DNA from: a virus | IMG/VR virus record: IMGVR_UViG_3300028392_000065 | Coordinates: 2,845 to 66,844 of that record | Length of the DNA stretch: 64,000 bases | Strand: one strand, 5' to 3' | Shown here: in pieces, positions 9,631 to 19,838 of the stretch | How positions within the stretch are numbered: the stretch's first letter is position 1 | How the letters are laid out: each line of letters begins with the position of its first letter | The notes under the pieces: model-generated | Told to the model about the DNA's origin: nothing | The model's database searches: none | The model's input: only the letters and a program-made list of their open reading frames with translations | Translations under genes and position numbers: made by a program

Positions 9631-10043
9631 GACGGCATCTTACTTAACTGGAGATCAACGTCGTTGTACTGAGAAGCCCAACCAAGGTACTTCTTACCCC
9701 AATTCTTAGCAAACCAATCAATGTGCACTTCGCCGATATATCCAGGAGTAGGTGCGTCCGTAGAAATAACCACATCCTTTTTATCGGACTGCATCGCCAC
9801 ATGCCCATACTGGCCACCATCCCAAAAATGCACAGCACCGATACCAGCCTTCTTCGAGTCAGTATGGCGGTGTTCCTTAGGGACATGATTCCATGCATCA
9901 ATAGCTGAGGCGTACTTCACCGGCAAACCCCAAGCGTTCTGGCAAGTTGCATGGCAACGACCAATTGCTATTTCTTTATGCTGCAATCTCCACACGTTCA
10001 TGTGTGAAAATGCCTGTGTGCCTGTTATTCGTGACGTAGGCAT
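9627..10043 (-). CDS. CHAP-like endolysin / peptidoglycan hydrolase
   Basis: Cys in GRCHATC, SAIDAW, GQYGHVA His motif, YLGW; probable start MPTSR just after the upstream stop. Confidence 0.72.
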   Translation of the reverse strand: MPTSRITGTQAFSHMNVWRLQHKEIAIGRCHATCQNAWGLPVKYASAIDAWNHVPKEHRHTDSKKAGIGAVHFWDGGQYGHVAMQSDKKDVVISTDAPTPGYIGEVHIDWFAKNWGKKYLGWASQYNDVDLQLSKMPS

Positions 10044-10044
10044 A

Positions 10045-10362
10045 TTAGTAGCCACCATTACGGCGTCGACCCATTGATGCGCCAGTACTGATAAGAGCAC
10101 CAGTTCCACCTACACCTGCGGCGGCAATACCTGCACGCTTGTAGTCAAGTTGACGTCCCATAAGTGGGCCACCACCTGGGTTTAGTTTCCCAGGGACTGC
10201 GCCACCAGTTCTAGGGGCAAAATAGTCTTTTGCTTTTTCAGCACCACGTGCAAAGCGTGAAGTTAACTTTTCTGTACCTTTAGCTGCTTCAAGAGCTAGG
10301 GCTTTTTCAATTTCTTCAAAGTCGCGGTATGCCTTACTGATGGCGTATGAATGCTGTGACAT
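10045..10362 (-). CDS. small basic Gly-rich protein, first gene of the late arm
   Basis: 105 aa; ISKA and IEKA motifs and C-terminal AGIAAAGVGGTG stretch; SD GCAGGAG. Confidence 0.7.
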   Translation of the reverse strand: MSQHSYAISKAYRDFEEIEKALALEAAKGTEKLTSRFARGAEKAKDYFAPRTGGAVPGKLNPGGGPLMGRQLDYKRAGIAAAGVGGTGALISTGASMGRRRNGGY

Positions 10363-10650
10363 GTGATCTCCTGCAAATAAAAAATGACACCTATGAGTCT
10401 ATGCACTTTCTTTATTGTGTGCAATGAATCTAGTGTGTCATTGTTATTATCAGTTTTTGTGTTGTTAGGGCCTATATGTTCTAGCCTCAGGCCCTTTTTG
10501 CTTGCCCTTGATTGCCCTTTTATTTTTTGTACCTCAAAAAAGCCTTCGGCTAAGTCTAGCATATGCTTTCTAACTGCAACACCAATTATGAACTTTCTTA
10601 AATATTGTTATTTGCCCGTAATCAGAAAAGAATTTTAGGAATAAAAAGGC

Positions 10651-10659
10651 TGGTATAAT
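10651..10659 (+). promoter_or_regulatory. extended -10 promoter for the replication arm
   Basis: TGG-TATAAT in the AT-rich divergent intergenic region upstream of the helicase. Confidence 0.5.
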
Positions 10660-10790
10660 TACAAGTACATGGGGAGGGGGAAAGTATGCCCTCTCTCAGT
10701 ACCTAAATTTCCCTAAAAGAACCTCAAGCACTACTCTTAGAAACCCTAGGAATAGAGCTTGGGGTTCTTTTGCATTTAAATGGAGAAAAT

Positions 10791-12038
10791 ATGACAGCAA
10801 CTATTAACAAAGAAGAAATAATCAATGACACTCCAGCAGAAATATTATTCATCTCAGCCTTAATGGATACAGGTACCTATGTACCTGGTACTTATGGAAT
10901 TACTACAGAAAAGATTGATAGATTTCGTAATGTTCATGATTATTGTTTAGAACATCAAGAGAAGGATCATAAAGCACCGACTCCTCAGTTAATTAAGAAA
11001 AAGTTTCCTAAGTTTCCTTACATTGCAAATGTAGGTATTAAATTTGCTGCTAATAGGCTTCATGAGGAACATAGGACAAGAGTTTTGCAAACTGCTCTTG
11101 GTTCAGCTGCTCATTCTTTAACTGAAGAAGCAAACGATGAAGCAGTTGCTTTGTTGAAACAAGCCCTTAGTAAAGTTCAGCCATTGGCTGGTAACGGTGT
11201 TAGTGCCTATGACTACAGTTTGTTTGATGAAGACAATGACATAGACATGTGTGCTGTACCTAAAGGCCCTATTAGAAACATTACTGGTGGCATTGCTCCC
11301 GGTGACTTGTGGTTTGTTGCCGCCCGCATGGGTGTCGGTAAATCATGGCGTTTAGTTGAGCACGCCGTAGCTGCTGCAGAAAGTGGATGGAATATAATTT
11401 ACTTCAGTTTAGAAATGACTGAGCGCGAAGTTATTGACCGTATCCACCGCGTAGCTTTAAGTGGTTGGAAAAACAAATGGGGCGAAATTAAATTAGATCA
11501 ACGCGTCTCGTTATTTGATGAGTTCAAAGAAGCCAACAAAGTTCAAATTGATGTGTATTCCAAAGACTTGAAGCGTAGGGACCCAACCATGGTTGAAACT
11601 TACGCTAAAGAAAAGACTTTGTACCTCATCGACCATGTTGGTTTGATGAGCACTGAAAGTGGCTCTCGTTCTGTTGAGGATTGGCGTGCTATGGCTCAAA
11701 TATCTAACCAGTTGAAAGAAGTGGCTCTCCAGCAAAATGTTCCTATTATTGCCGGAGCGCAAGTTAATCGTGCAGGTAACAGTTCAACTAGTGCCCCAGG
11801 TGCTGAGCATTTAGCACAATCTGACGCATTAGGGCAAGACGCTGATGCTGTAATCACATTGATGAAGCAATCTGAGCGAGTCACACTTAACTCAATGGCT
11901 AAATACCGTCACGGTAAGTCTGGGTCTAAATGGTACACACTGTTTGAGCCAGACTTTGGTAACTTTGAGGTTTTAACTCCTGAAGAAGCTTACAAAATCA
12001 AAATGGTTGATGAAGCAAGTGCAGGTGAAGAAATTTAG
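10791..12038 (+). CDS. dnaB: DnaB-like replicative helicase
   Basis: AARMGVGKS Walker A, FSLEM, LIDHVGL, AQVNR, SDALGQDAD; SD GGAG before ATG 10791. Confidence 0.92.
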   Translation: MTATINKEEIINDTPAEILFISALMDTGTYVPGTYGITTEKIDRFRNVHDYCLEHQEKDHKAPTPQLIKKKFPKFPYIANVGIKFAANRLHEEHRTRVLQTALGSAAHSLTEEANDEAVALLKQALSKVQPLAGNGVSAYDYSLFDEDNDIDMCAVPKGPIRNITGGIAPGDLWFVAARMGVGKSWRLVEHAVAAAESGWNIIYFSLEMTEREVIDRIHRVALSGWKNKWGEIKLDQRVSLFDEFKEANKVQIDVYSKDLKRRDPTMVETYAKEKTLYLIDHVGLMSTESGSRSVEDWRAMAQISNQLKEVALQQNVPIIAGAQVNRAGNSSTSAPGAEHLAQSDALGQDADAVITLMKQSERVTLNSMAKYRHGKSGSKWYTLFEPDFGNFEVLTPEEAYKIKMVDEASAGEEI

Positions 12039-12889
12039 TGGCTAAACCTACTCAAGATCAGATAACTAAAATAGTTCAAGAAGCAATCACTTCAGCAAGA
12101 GGGGGAGAGGTTGCATTTTGCTGCCCAGTACATGAAGATACAAATGCTTCGGCATCAGTAAATGTAGAAAAAGGGGTTTGGTATTGCTTTACTTGCCAAG
12201 CAAGCGGGAAAGTAGACAAAAAAGCAAAAATCCCTTCGATTACAGAAATAATCAAACTTTTATCAGGAAAAACACCTTTAAAGACTTATCCTGAGGCTTG
12301 GTTAGATTTGTTCGACATTACTGGGCCTAGTGAGTATTGGGTTAAACGCTATGGTTTGCGTGTAGCTGCTAAACACAGATGCGGAACGCATTATGAAACT
12401 GGTGCCCCAACTTATCCAATACGGCAAGCAGACGGTACATTGTTAGGCGTCGTATCACGTCAAGAAGGTAGTAAGGCTAAATACTTATATCCCAGCGGTA
12501 TTAGGACTTCGGCTACTTTCTACGGCACCTATAAACCATCTAAAGTGATTGTTTTAGTTGAAGGCGCATCGGATGTCATGGCTTTAGATCAAAGTGGTAT
12601 ACCTCAAGAATGGACAGTTCTTGGGTGCTTTGGTTCTGGGTTGCATGCGCCACAGGTCGAACTGATACAAGATTTATTGCCAAAGGTAGTAGTTACTGCT
12701 TTTGACAATGATAAAGCGGGTTGGAATGCGGCAGATAGAGCCGTACTACAACTTAAAAGTGTTGCACCAGTTGTAGCACATCAATGGGCGGACTTAAATG
12801 TTAATGATCCGGGTGATGCTAAAGTGTCAGACCGAATAGTTAGCATTAGGAAAACCTTAAGTGAAAGTTCCTACAAAAAATACGCATAA
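12038..12889 (+). CDS. DNA primase (CHC2 zinc finger + TOPRIM)
   Basis: CPVHED...WYCFTC; VLVEGASD; AFDND.AG. Confidence 0.9.
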   Translation: MAKPTQDQITKIVQEAITSARGGEVAFCCPVHEDTNASASVNVEKGVWYCFTCQASGKVDKKAKIPSITEIIKLLSGKTPLKTYPEAWLDLFDITGPSEYWVKRYGLRVAAKHRCGTHYETGAPTYPIRQADGTLLGVVSRQEGSKAKYLYPSGIRTSATFYGTYKPSKVIVLVEGASDVMALDQSGIPQEWTVLGCFGSGLHAPQVELIQDLLPKVVVTAFDNDKAGWNAADRAVLQLKSVAPVVAHQWADLNVNDPGDAKVSDRIVSIRKTLSESSYKKYA

Positions 12890-12897
12890 GGAGAAAC

Positions 12898-13233
12898 ATG
12901 TCAGTCTTTGATGATGACGACACGTTTGAAGGTGAAGAAGAAACGCCTGAATACGTAAGTGCAATCGACTACGATCAATACCCATTTGTTGTGACTGTTG
13001 GGGATAAAGTCGAAGCAAAAGTAAGTCAAGAAATAACAATCAATGGCCGTAAGGTGTGGGTAACATCTGGCCTCGTATCACAAGCACTTCCAGGTGAAGA
13101 TGCAGAAGATGCGACCGCAAGAGTAAGAGAAATTGTTCTAAGTAACTATTTTGTTATTGAACAAGAGTTCGCAGACCGAATCGATGCAAGAATCATCGAA
13201 CACCAATCAAACAAGCAAATAGAAGGAAAATAA
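12898..13233 (+). CDS. acidic hypothetical protein
   Basis: 111-aa ORF with SD AAGGAG. Confidence 0.7.
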   Translation: MSVFDDDDTFEGEEETPEYVSAIDYDQYPFVVTVGDKVEAKVSQEITINGRKVWVTSGLVSQALPGEDAEDATARVREIVLSNYFVIEQEFADRIDARIIEHQSNKQIEGK

Positions 13234-13237
13234 GCCA

Positions 13238-14080
13238 ATGCCAATTGACTATTTAACAGGCGCACAAGCCTTAAAGAACGCAGCAAACACAGACAAGCCT
13301 TCAGCGGGTCAGAGCTTCTACCCAATCTACACATTGAAGAAGGGCGAACCGGTTAAGGGTTGGTTTGTCACCAGGTACGATGAAAACCTAGATAGCGACT
13401 TCCTTGTCTACTCAGAAATCAGCACCTTTGATGGAATGAAGGATGGACGTCAAGCACCTAACGGTTTGAAAGAAATCCCAGTTAATGGATACAAGGATTC
13501 GCTTGTGAGTCGTGTGAACCGTGGACGCCTAGACATTGACGACGAAGGCAACCCAATTGCAGCTCGCCCGAAGGCAAAGATGATGTTCAACTTTGTTACT
13601 GACGAAGGAAAGCACATTCTTCTTAAGGTCACGAAGCCTAAAGGCCTAGAACTTTTAGCTAAGTTTGTTGACGAAGATGATAATTTGGAAGAGGGCTTTG
13701 ACTGGCTATCTATGCCGTTTACCTTGAGCCTTAAGGGTGAAAAGGGCGATCAGCGTTTGTCGGTTAAGCCACACCGTGATGAAAACCCGATTGATTTGCC
13801 TGAGCCTTACGACTGCCGCAAGGTGATCAATGAACTACGTGACAAGTTTGATGCTTGGGACACGGGGTTTGAAGCCAGTGAGGAAGCAGATGTTGTTCAG
13901 GACGAGGTTGACGACTACATCGCACCGGACCCAGAAAACATGTACGACGTGTACATGAACTGCACAAAGGCGCGTTTGCGCACCAAGCTACGCCTTCAGC
14001 ACCCAGACTTTGACCTTACAGGTTTGGGGCATGAGGAACTGGCCGAACTTGCCGTTAGCGTCGGTCTAATCCTGACCTAA
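13238..14080 (+). CDS. putative ssDNA-binding protein
   Basis: 280 aa between primase and polymerase, with an acidic C-terminal region; function inferred from context. Confidence 0.45.
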   Translation: MPIDYLTGAQALKNAANTDKPSAGQSFYPIYTLKKGEPVKGWFVTRYDENLDSDFLVYSEISTFDGMKDGRQAPNGLKEIPVNGYKDSLVSRVNRGRLDIDDEGNPIAARPKAKMMFNFVTDEGKHILLKVTKPKGLELLAKFVDEDDNLEEGFDWLSMPFTLSLKGEKGDQRLSVKPHRDENPIDLPEPYDCRKVINELRDKFDAWDTGFEASEEADVVQDEVDDYIAPDPENMYDVYMNCTKARLRTKLRLQHPDFDLTGLGHEELAELAVSVGLILT

Positions 14081-14097
14081 CAGTCAAACCACTCATT

Positions 14098-14138
14098 AAA
14101 AGAGGGGGAAGGCCACACAAGGTCTTCCCTCTCTTTTT
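14098..14138 (+). terminator. intrinsic terminator
   Basis: AAAAGAGGGGGAAGGCC-acacaa-GGTCTTCCCTCTCTTTT plus T tract. Confidence 0.7.
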
Positions 14139-14153
14139 ACACAAAGGAAAAAC

Positions 14154-16814
14154 ATGGGAAAGTTTTGGAGCGCGCATACTCACAGTAAGTTTTCTGCGAA
14201 AGACGGGCTCTCACCTGTAAAGGAAATAGTTGAAAGAGCCAAAGTCTTAGAGTATCCCGCATTAGGGCTTACTGATCATGGAAACATGGCAGGTGCAGTC
14301 CAGTTGTACACAAACTGTAAGAAAAACGACATCAAGCCTTTACCTGGAATTGAAGCTTACGTGGCTTTTGAACGAAACGGTAAAGAAACCAAAACAATGC
14401 ACCTAGGTTTGCTTTCCATAAGTGAAAAAGGCTACCGAAACCTTGTAGGTTTAAGTAATCACGCACATAAGGAATGGGCAAGGCTTCGTGCATTAAAACG
14501 TTCTCCTGGCAAAGCAGTTATGGACTTTGTTGATTTCGCTAGAGCATCGGAAGATGGAAGGCTCGAAGGAATCGTAGCAATGACCGGATGCTGGTTCGGG
14601 CTACTACCAGAAATGCTTAAAGTAAAAAGTAATACGGTAGATGTACGTGTGGCAAACGTATTGAACACGTTAAGGGAATGGTTTGATGACAATCTTTACC
14701 TTGAGATACAAAATCATGGAATCAAAACACCTACACAGGATGAAGAAAAGCATGCAGAGTTTCTTTATCAAATAGCGCAAAAGCAAGGCTTGCCGATAGT
14801 TATCAATCAGGATTCGCATTATGTGTATCCGACAGAACAAGCAATACATGACACCATGAAACGCTTAACTTCTTTTTCTGAAGATCCAGAAGAAGGACTG
14901 TTTCCAGGTGATGGTTATCATATGGTTGATGACATTTGGATGCAGGACTATCACGAACCACACATTTACAAAGCTGGAATGGAAGGTTTAGACGACCTTG
15001 CTTCCAAAGCAAACGTGGTTATTCCAGAACTAGACACATTTAAATTAAAAGTGCCTGACACAACCTACAGCGGCAACCCCGATGTAGAACTGGAAGAAAC
15101 AGCATCTGCTGCTTTGTCTAAAAAAATTGACACTGGCGCAATACCCGCATCTAAGAAAGCAAAGTATCTAAACCGTATCGACGAAGAGTTAGAGATTATT
15201 TATTCTGCCGGATTTGCTGGCTATTTAATGTACGCATACACCTTGTGTAAATACATGAGAGAAAACGACATTATTTACAATGCACGTGGTTCGGCGGCAG
15301 GCTCAATGCTCTGCTGGCTACTAGAAATCACTCCAGTAGATCCAATTAAATACGATTTACTCTTTGACAGATTCTTGTCAAAAGACCGCACTAAACCACC
15401 AGACATCGACCTGGACGTAGAACACACACGTAGAAATGACGTTATTCAATGGATGGACGAAAACTTCAACATTGTAAACATTTCCACGTGGATGAAAATG
15501 CGTGCACAAGAAGATGAATACGGAAAATTAGTAGGCAGTTTGGCAGTCAGGTACAACACTTACGCCAACAAGATGGGTATAAAAGATTTACCCATGGACC
15601 ATAAGATGAAAGAAAACCTTATGGATTTGTCGGTGAAAGAAGCGTTTTCTGGATACGGGACACACGCCGCTGGCTTGCTCGTCACACCGGATGAGCATGT
15701 TGCAGGTGTGGTGCCGCTTTTGCACGTAGTTTCAAGTGAAGCGATGGTTTCATCTTTTGATAAAGACGACATTGAAACATTAGGTTTGTTAAAGATTGAC
15801 CTTTTGGGACTTAAAACACTGTCGGCTTTGCGAAAGATGGAAGAATACACCGGAGTAAAGCGGACAGATATTCCGTTTAACGACTCCAAAGTGTTTTCCA
15901 AAATGTCCAAAGGTGAAACTGCTGGATTGTTCCAACTTGAAGGTGGATCTAGCCGTAACGGTATTAGGCGACTAAAACCAAAAAACCTTAACGACGTTAT
16001 TGCTTCAATGGCGCTGTTTAGGCCAGGAACAATGGACTCCGGAGCCACCGAAGATTTCATTAACCGTAGGCACAAACTAGCCCCTATTCCAGAACGGCAC
16101 GAAATAATTTCTACACACACAAAATCAACATATGGCGTATTGCTTTATCAAGAACAAGTAATCAATGTAATGCGTAGTGTTGGTCTTGCTGCTGAAGAAA
16201 TTGAAAAAGTAAGAAAAATCATCAAGTCATCAAGAGGTCTAAGTCCCGAACTTGAAAAACTGCAAGAAGGCATTGCTGTACTTGCAAGAAGTAAAGGGAT
16301 GAGCGATTCAGATATTGCTTGGTTAAAAGAAGCGTTTGATGCATACGCTGGATACGGCTTTAACAAAGCTCACGCCACATCGTACGGCATTGTCGCCTAC
16401 CAAACAGGTTACTACGCAGTCCATTACCCACTAGAGTTTTGGACCGCAATGCTTGAAGCATACATAGGAAGTGACCAAGAAAAAATCTATCTTGTAGAAG
16501 CCGTCAAACAAGGAATACGCATCTTTGATGCACACGTAAACCTTTCGGGCGTCAACTATTCGCTAGATAAAAAATACAAAGCAATAAGAAAAGGTCTACT
16601 CGCCGTACCAGGTGTAGGCCCGTCAGCTGCAGAAGAAATTGTGAAATACGCACCGTACGCAAACCTTGACGAGTTAGCACTAAAAGTTAACGGTACAAGA
16701 GTTAAAGGCTCCAAAGACCTTGGGGTTGGAAAACATCCATCGGAATGTGGTTCACAAATCCAAGCGCTATTCGAACACAACGCACTAACTGACCTAGAAA
16801 GAGAAGCAAAGTGA
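14154..16814 (+). CDS. dnaE: DNA polymerase III alpha subunit (C-family, PHP domain)
   Basis: HTHS, LTDHG, RGSAAGS, PDIDLD, KIDLLGL, YGFNKAHA motifs. Confidence 0.95.
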   Translation: MGKFWSAHTHSKFSAKDGLSPVKEIVERAKVLEYPALGLTDHGNMAGAVQLYTNCKKNDIKPLPGIEAYVAFERNGKETKTMHLGLLSISEKGYRNLVGLSNHAHKEWARLRALKRSPGKAVMDFVDFARASEDGRLEGIVAMTGCWFGLLPEMLKVKSNTVDVRVANVLNTLREWFDDNLYLEIQNHGIKTPTQDEEKHAEFLYQIAQKQGLPIVINQDSHYVYPTEQAIHDTMKRLTSFSEDPEEGLFPGDGYHMVDDIWMQDYHEPHIYKAGMEGLDDLASKANVVIPELDTFKLKVPDTTYSGNPDVELEETASAALSKKIDTGAIPASKKAKYLNRIDEELEIIYSAGFAGYLMYAYTLCKYMRENDIIYNARGSAAGSMLCWLLEITPVDPIKYDLLFDRFLSKDRTKPPDIDLDVEHTRRNDVIQWMDENFNIVNISTWMKMRAQEDEYGKLVGSLAVRYNTYANKMGIKDLPMDHKMKENLMDLSVKEAFSGYGTHAAGLLVTPDEHVAGVVPLLHVVSSEAMVSSFDKDDIETLGLLKIDLLGLKTLSALRKMEEYTGVKRTDIPFNDSKVFSKMSKGETAGLFQLEGGSSRNGIRRLKPKNLNDVIASMALFRPGTMDSGATEDFINRRHKLAPIPERHEIISTHTKSTYGVLLYQEQVINVMRSVGLAAEEIEKVRKIIKSSRGLSPELEKLQEGIAVLARSKGMSDSDIAWLKEAFDAYAGYGFNKAHATSYGIVAYQTGYYAVHYPLEFWTAMLEAYIGSDQEKIYLVEAVKQGIRIFDAHVNLSGVNYSLDKKYKAIRKGLLAVPGVGPSAAEEIVKYAPYANLDELALKVNGTRVKGSKDLGVGKHPSECGSQIQALFEHNALTDLEREAK

Positions 16815-17725
16815 GTATAAAAGAAACATTAATTCAAAAACTGCACGATAAAGAAAAGTCGCGCCCACGATCAACACAAACAGAGGTTGGTCCAAGCGAA
16901 ATTGGTGGCTGTGCAACAAAAGTGTGGCATCGAGTCAACCAGACGGAAGAAACCAACTTTGATACCTTAAAGCTAGCGTCAATGATGGGCACTGCAATTC
17001 ATTCAATGATTGAAGATGCTTTCCAAGGTGATCCAAGATACGTACTCGAAGAAGAACTTGAGTACAACGGAATCATGGGGCACGTTGACCTAATTGACAC
17101 TGAAACCAACACCATTTGGGACTGGAAAACCACAACCAAAAAGTCACTGGCATATTTTGGTAGCAATAAGCAGTACGAGTCACAAATTCAACTGTACGCA
17201 TACATTGCCAACATGAACGGCATCCCAATCGAATGGGTTGGTCTTGTGGCTATCTCAAGGGACGGAAACGAACTAGACATTGTTGAAAAAGTGCTACCGT
17301 ATGATGAATCCGTAGCCCTTAAGGCTTTGGAGAGATACGCGCACATCAAATCGCTTGAGGAACCACCTGCTCCTGAAAAAGAAGCGTCTTTCTGTGCTGA
17401 TTACTGCCAGTTTTATGGCGCATGCGAAGGCATCCAGTACCCATCTAACGAAGCATTGATTGAAAACATTGAACTCATTGAAATGATTGAGGATTACACC
17501 GAACTTCAAAATGAGTCAAAGAAAATTGCTGCGCAACTGGACTACATCAAAACACAACTTACTGGAACTAATGGAATAACTCCTGACGGAACAACCGTAA
17601 GGTGGTCTGAAGTTTCAGGTAGATCTTCAATCGATGAAGATGAAGTAATGAAAAAACTTGGATACTTACCTAAAAAGACCGGGCAGCCATCTAAGCGTTT
17701 CACAATCAAACCAACTAAGGGGTAA
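16811..17725 (+). CDS. Cas4-like / PD-(D/E)XK exonuclease
   Basis: PSEIGGC, GTAIH, GHVD...DWKT, QIQLY, C..C.F...C cluster. Confidence 0.85.
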   Translation: MSIKETLIQKLHDKEKSRPRSTQTEVGPSEIGGCATKVWHRVNQTEETNFDTLKLASMMGTAIHSMIEDAFQGDPRYVLEEELEYNGIMGHVDLIDTETNTIWDWKTTTKKSLAYFGSNKQYESQIQLYAYIANMNGIPIEWVGLVAISRDGNELDIVEKVLPYDESVALKALERYAHIKSLEEPPAPEKEASFCADYCQFYGACEGIQYPSNEALIENIELIEMIEDYTELQNESKKIAAQLDYIKTQLTGTNGITPDGTTVRWSEVSGRSSIDEDEVMKKLGYLPKKTGQPSKRFTIKPTKG

Positions 17726-17727
17726 AA

Positions 17728-17970
17728 ATGTCAAAGAAAATTGACAAACCGTGGCTAAAAGAACCTTTACAAGAAGGAGAGTGTGGCCCATGCAAAATGG
17801 TTAACCAGTGGTTACCACCAGCGCAATCAATTCTCTGTATTGAACATGCTAATAATCAAATTAAAAAAATTAGTTCACTCATGTTTAAGTTATCCACAAA
17901 CAGAGATGAAAGCATTACTTACAGCACATTAGAAATAGTCAAAATGATTAAGCAAGCATTGGGTAGTTAA
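17728..17970 (+). CDS. hypothetical protein
   Basis: 80-aa ORF in operon, CxxC. Confidence 0.6.
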   Translation: MSKKIDKPWLKEPLQEGECGPCKMVNQWLPPAQSILCIEHANNQIKKISSLMFKLSTNRDESITYSTLEIVKMIKQALGS

Positions 17971-18130
17971 ATCTATGCGAATTAATAAAAAACCTTGGTA
18001 TGAACTAAAGTGCAATGTAGTAATAAATGAAGATGGAGATAGGTGTACGCGCTTTGAATATAGTAAAACTAAGCAGTACACAAAATTCCTAATGAATAAA
18101 CACAGAATGATGGCACATAAGGAGAAAGAA

Positions 18131-18625
18131 ATGACAAACTATAAAGAAGCGTTAGTTGTTACTGCCGAAATGGGTATAAAAATTATGCCTTTTGAAACAG
18201 ATAACGCACACGTTATGTTGCATGATGAAGTTCAAGGATTCATTGAGCGAGTGCAACTACCTACGCTTGGCGTAGACATGTGGCTAAACGAAAATGGTAA
18301 AAACACTGGACTTCCGCAAAACAATTTTGCTACTTTTTTGTTTGAAAAAGAACACAAAAGTTTTGATTCAATTCGTGGAAATGTTGTTTTTACTGGCGAA
18401 GCAGATGAAAAAGGCGAAACCTTAGGTCTTACTAGTTCAAAAATTAAACAACTGTTGGATTTTTTAGCTCGGATGACTAAGTTGATAGAAAGCACTGAGT
18501 TGACTGACGATCAGTTGGCTAATTGCCGTAGACATGGCGGAGCCATTAATCCCGTAAATTGCTGGGAATGTCTAGTTGAAGCACGAGAAGAAAACGATGA
18601 GCCTGATTGGGGAACAGAAGAATGA
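18131..18625 (+). CDS. DUF3846-like protein
   Basis: VQGFIE...MWLNENGK...N.FAT...IRGNVVFTG; SD AAGGAGA before 18131 (the frame is also open from 17975). Confidence 0.7.
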   Translation: MTNYKEALVVTAEMGIKIMPFETDNAHVMLHDEVQGFIERVQLPTLGVDMWLNENGKNTGLPQNNFATFLFEKEHKSFDSIRGNVVFTGEADEKGETLGLTSSKIKQLLDFLARMTKLIESTELTDDQLANCRRHGGAINPVNCWECLVEAREENDEPDWGTEE

Positions 18626-19008
18626 ACGCAGAACAACTAGCGTATCGTATCGAAGAAATGATACGTACCGTAAAACACCGCATCATGAACGTTGGCGTCG
18701 CGGAATATGATGAAGGCGAAGTTCAAAAAATTGAGCAAAAGTCCACTCCAAATTTGATAAGAGAAACAATTGAAGAAGTAGACGACGCCATTGTTTACTT
18801 GGCTTTTCTCCGAACAAAACTAAGTGAGTCACAAAGCGAATGGTTACAGTCAATGGGAAAAACTTACGTCTTTGACTTAGACGAAGATTCAGTGCCGTTG
18901 CCAGGACAAATAATGGTCACAACCTTTGGGGATGACGTTAGCCGCATAGCTTGGCGTTCAGATAAATTTGATCGCTGGGGACCACCGATTGAGGGCAAAA
19001 ATGGCTGA
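18622..19008 (+). CDS. hypothetical protein
   Basis: ATGA-coupled; helical EEVDDAIVY motif. Confidence 0.65.
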   Translation: MNAEQLAYRIEEMIRTVKHRIMNVGVAEYDEGEVQKIEQKSTPNLIRETIEEVDDAIVYLAFLRTKLSESQSEWLQSMGKTYVFDLDEDSVPLPGQIMVTTFGDDVSRIAWRSDKFDRWGPPIEGKNG

Positions 19009-19087
19009 AACGATTGCTTTTCTTGTCACATTGGGTCTACTTACTATCGTTTTGTACATTCAGAAGCAAAACTGGTAGAAATGTAGT

Positions 19088-19555
19088 ATGAATTCAGCCG
19101 GAGTAGATTATGGGGTAAGGCGAATAGCCTATGCTCATCCACACGTTAATGTGTTTGAAGAGTTGATTTTGCCTAGTGGCGACGACTTAACAAACATTTA
19201 CCGTATGGCTACTTGGTTGAAAGAACAAATTACGAAGACGCGCCCTGAGTTGACTGTTATTGAGCAGCCAATTCAGGGCGTTAGTCGTAACGTAAGGACA
19301 GGGTTATCCCTTGGAATGGTAGCCGGAGCATTATCCTATGTAGCGCAAGATGTAGGATCTAAAGTAGTAACGATTGGACCTTCATCATGGAAAAAAGCGG
19401 TAATTGGTAATGGACATGCAGATAAGCAAGCCGTCGCAAAATGGCTTGAAACCAGGCATCCTTCATACTACGAATACTGCCTTAAACACAAAAAACCCCA
19501 AGACATCATCGATTCCACCTGCTTGGCGCTATACGGCGAGGCGCGACTGGCGTGA
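19088..19555 (+). CDS. RuvC-like Holliday junction resolvase
   Basis: GVDYG, VIEQP, SSWKKAVIGNGHADK, D.IDS. Confidence 0.88.
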   Translation: MNSAGVDYGVRRIAYAHPHVNVFEELILPSGDDLTNIYRMATWLKEQITKTRPELTVIEQPIQGVSRNVRTGLSLGMVAGALSYVAQDVGSKVVTIGPSSWKKAVIGNGHADKQAVAKWLETRHPSYYEYCLKHKKPQDIIDSTCLALYGEARLA

Positions 19556-19838
19556 TGATGCAGAGTGCAAAGGTTTACCTTTAGAAATCTTTTACGGGAC
19601 TGACGATGCGCCTATGACCGCATATCAGATTAAAACCGCCAAAAAGATTTGTGGCACTTGCGATGTTCAAAGAGACTGCTTAATAACTTCGTTAATTGAT
19701 AGAGAACCACACGGAGTTTGGGGTGGTTACACCAGTTTTGAAAGACGAGCTGCTCTAGATAGAAACATTAATTACAAAGCGTGTATAGATGATTACGATG
19801 ACGGGTCATTTATCGAACCGCGTAGGAGAAAGAAATGA
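19404..19838 (+). CDS. whiB: WhiB family Fe-S transcription factor (start uncertain)
   Basis: WRDDAEC...AKKICGTCDVQRDC...GVWGG...ERR. Confidence 0.9.
   Translation: MVMDMQISKPSQNGLKPGILHTTNTALNTKNPKTSSIPPAWRYTARRDWRDDAECKGLPLEIFYGTDDAPMTAYQIKTAKKICGTCDVQRDCLITSLIDREPHGVWGGYTSFERRAALDRNINYKACIDDYDDGSFIEPRRRKK

Noticed and set aside
10296-10638. ORFs 10296..10562 and 10384..10638
   Set aside because: No RBS, low complexity, overlapping each other in the divergent control region.
14154-16814. Intein or intron in dnaE (also checked terL and the helicase)
   Set aside because: Motifs are contiguous, lengths are normal or short, and no splicing motifs were seen.
16811-17725. Cas4-like gene as part of a CRISPR system
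   Set aside because: Stand-alone Cas4-like exonucleases are ordinary phage replication/recombination genes.
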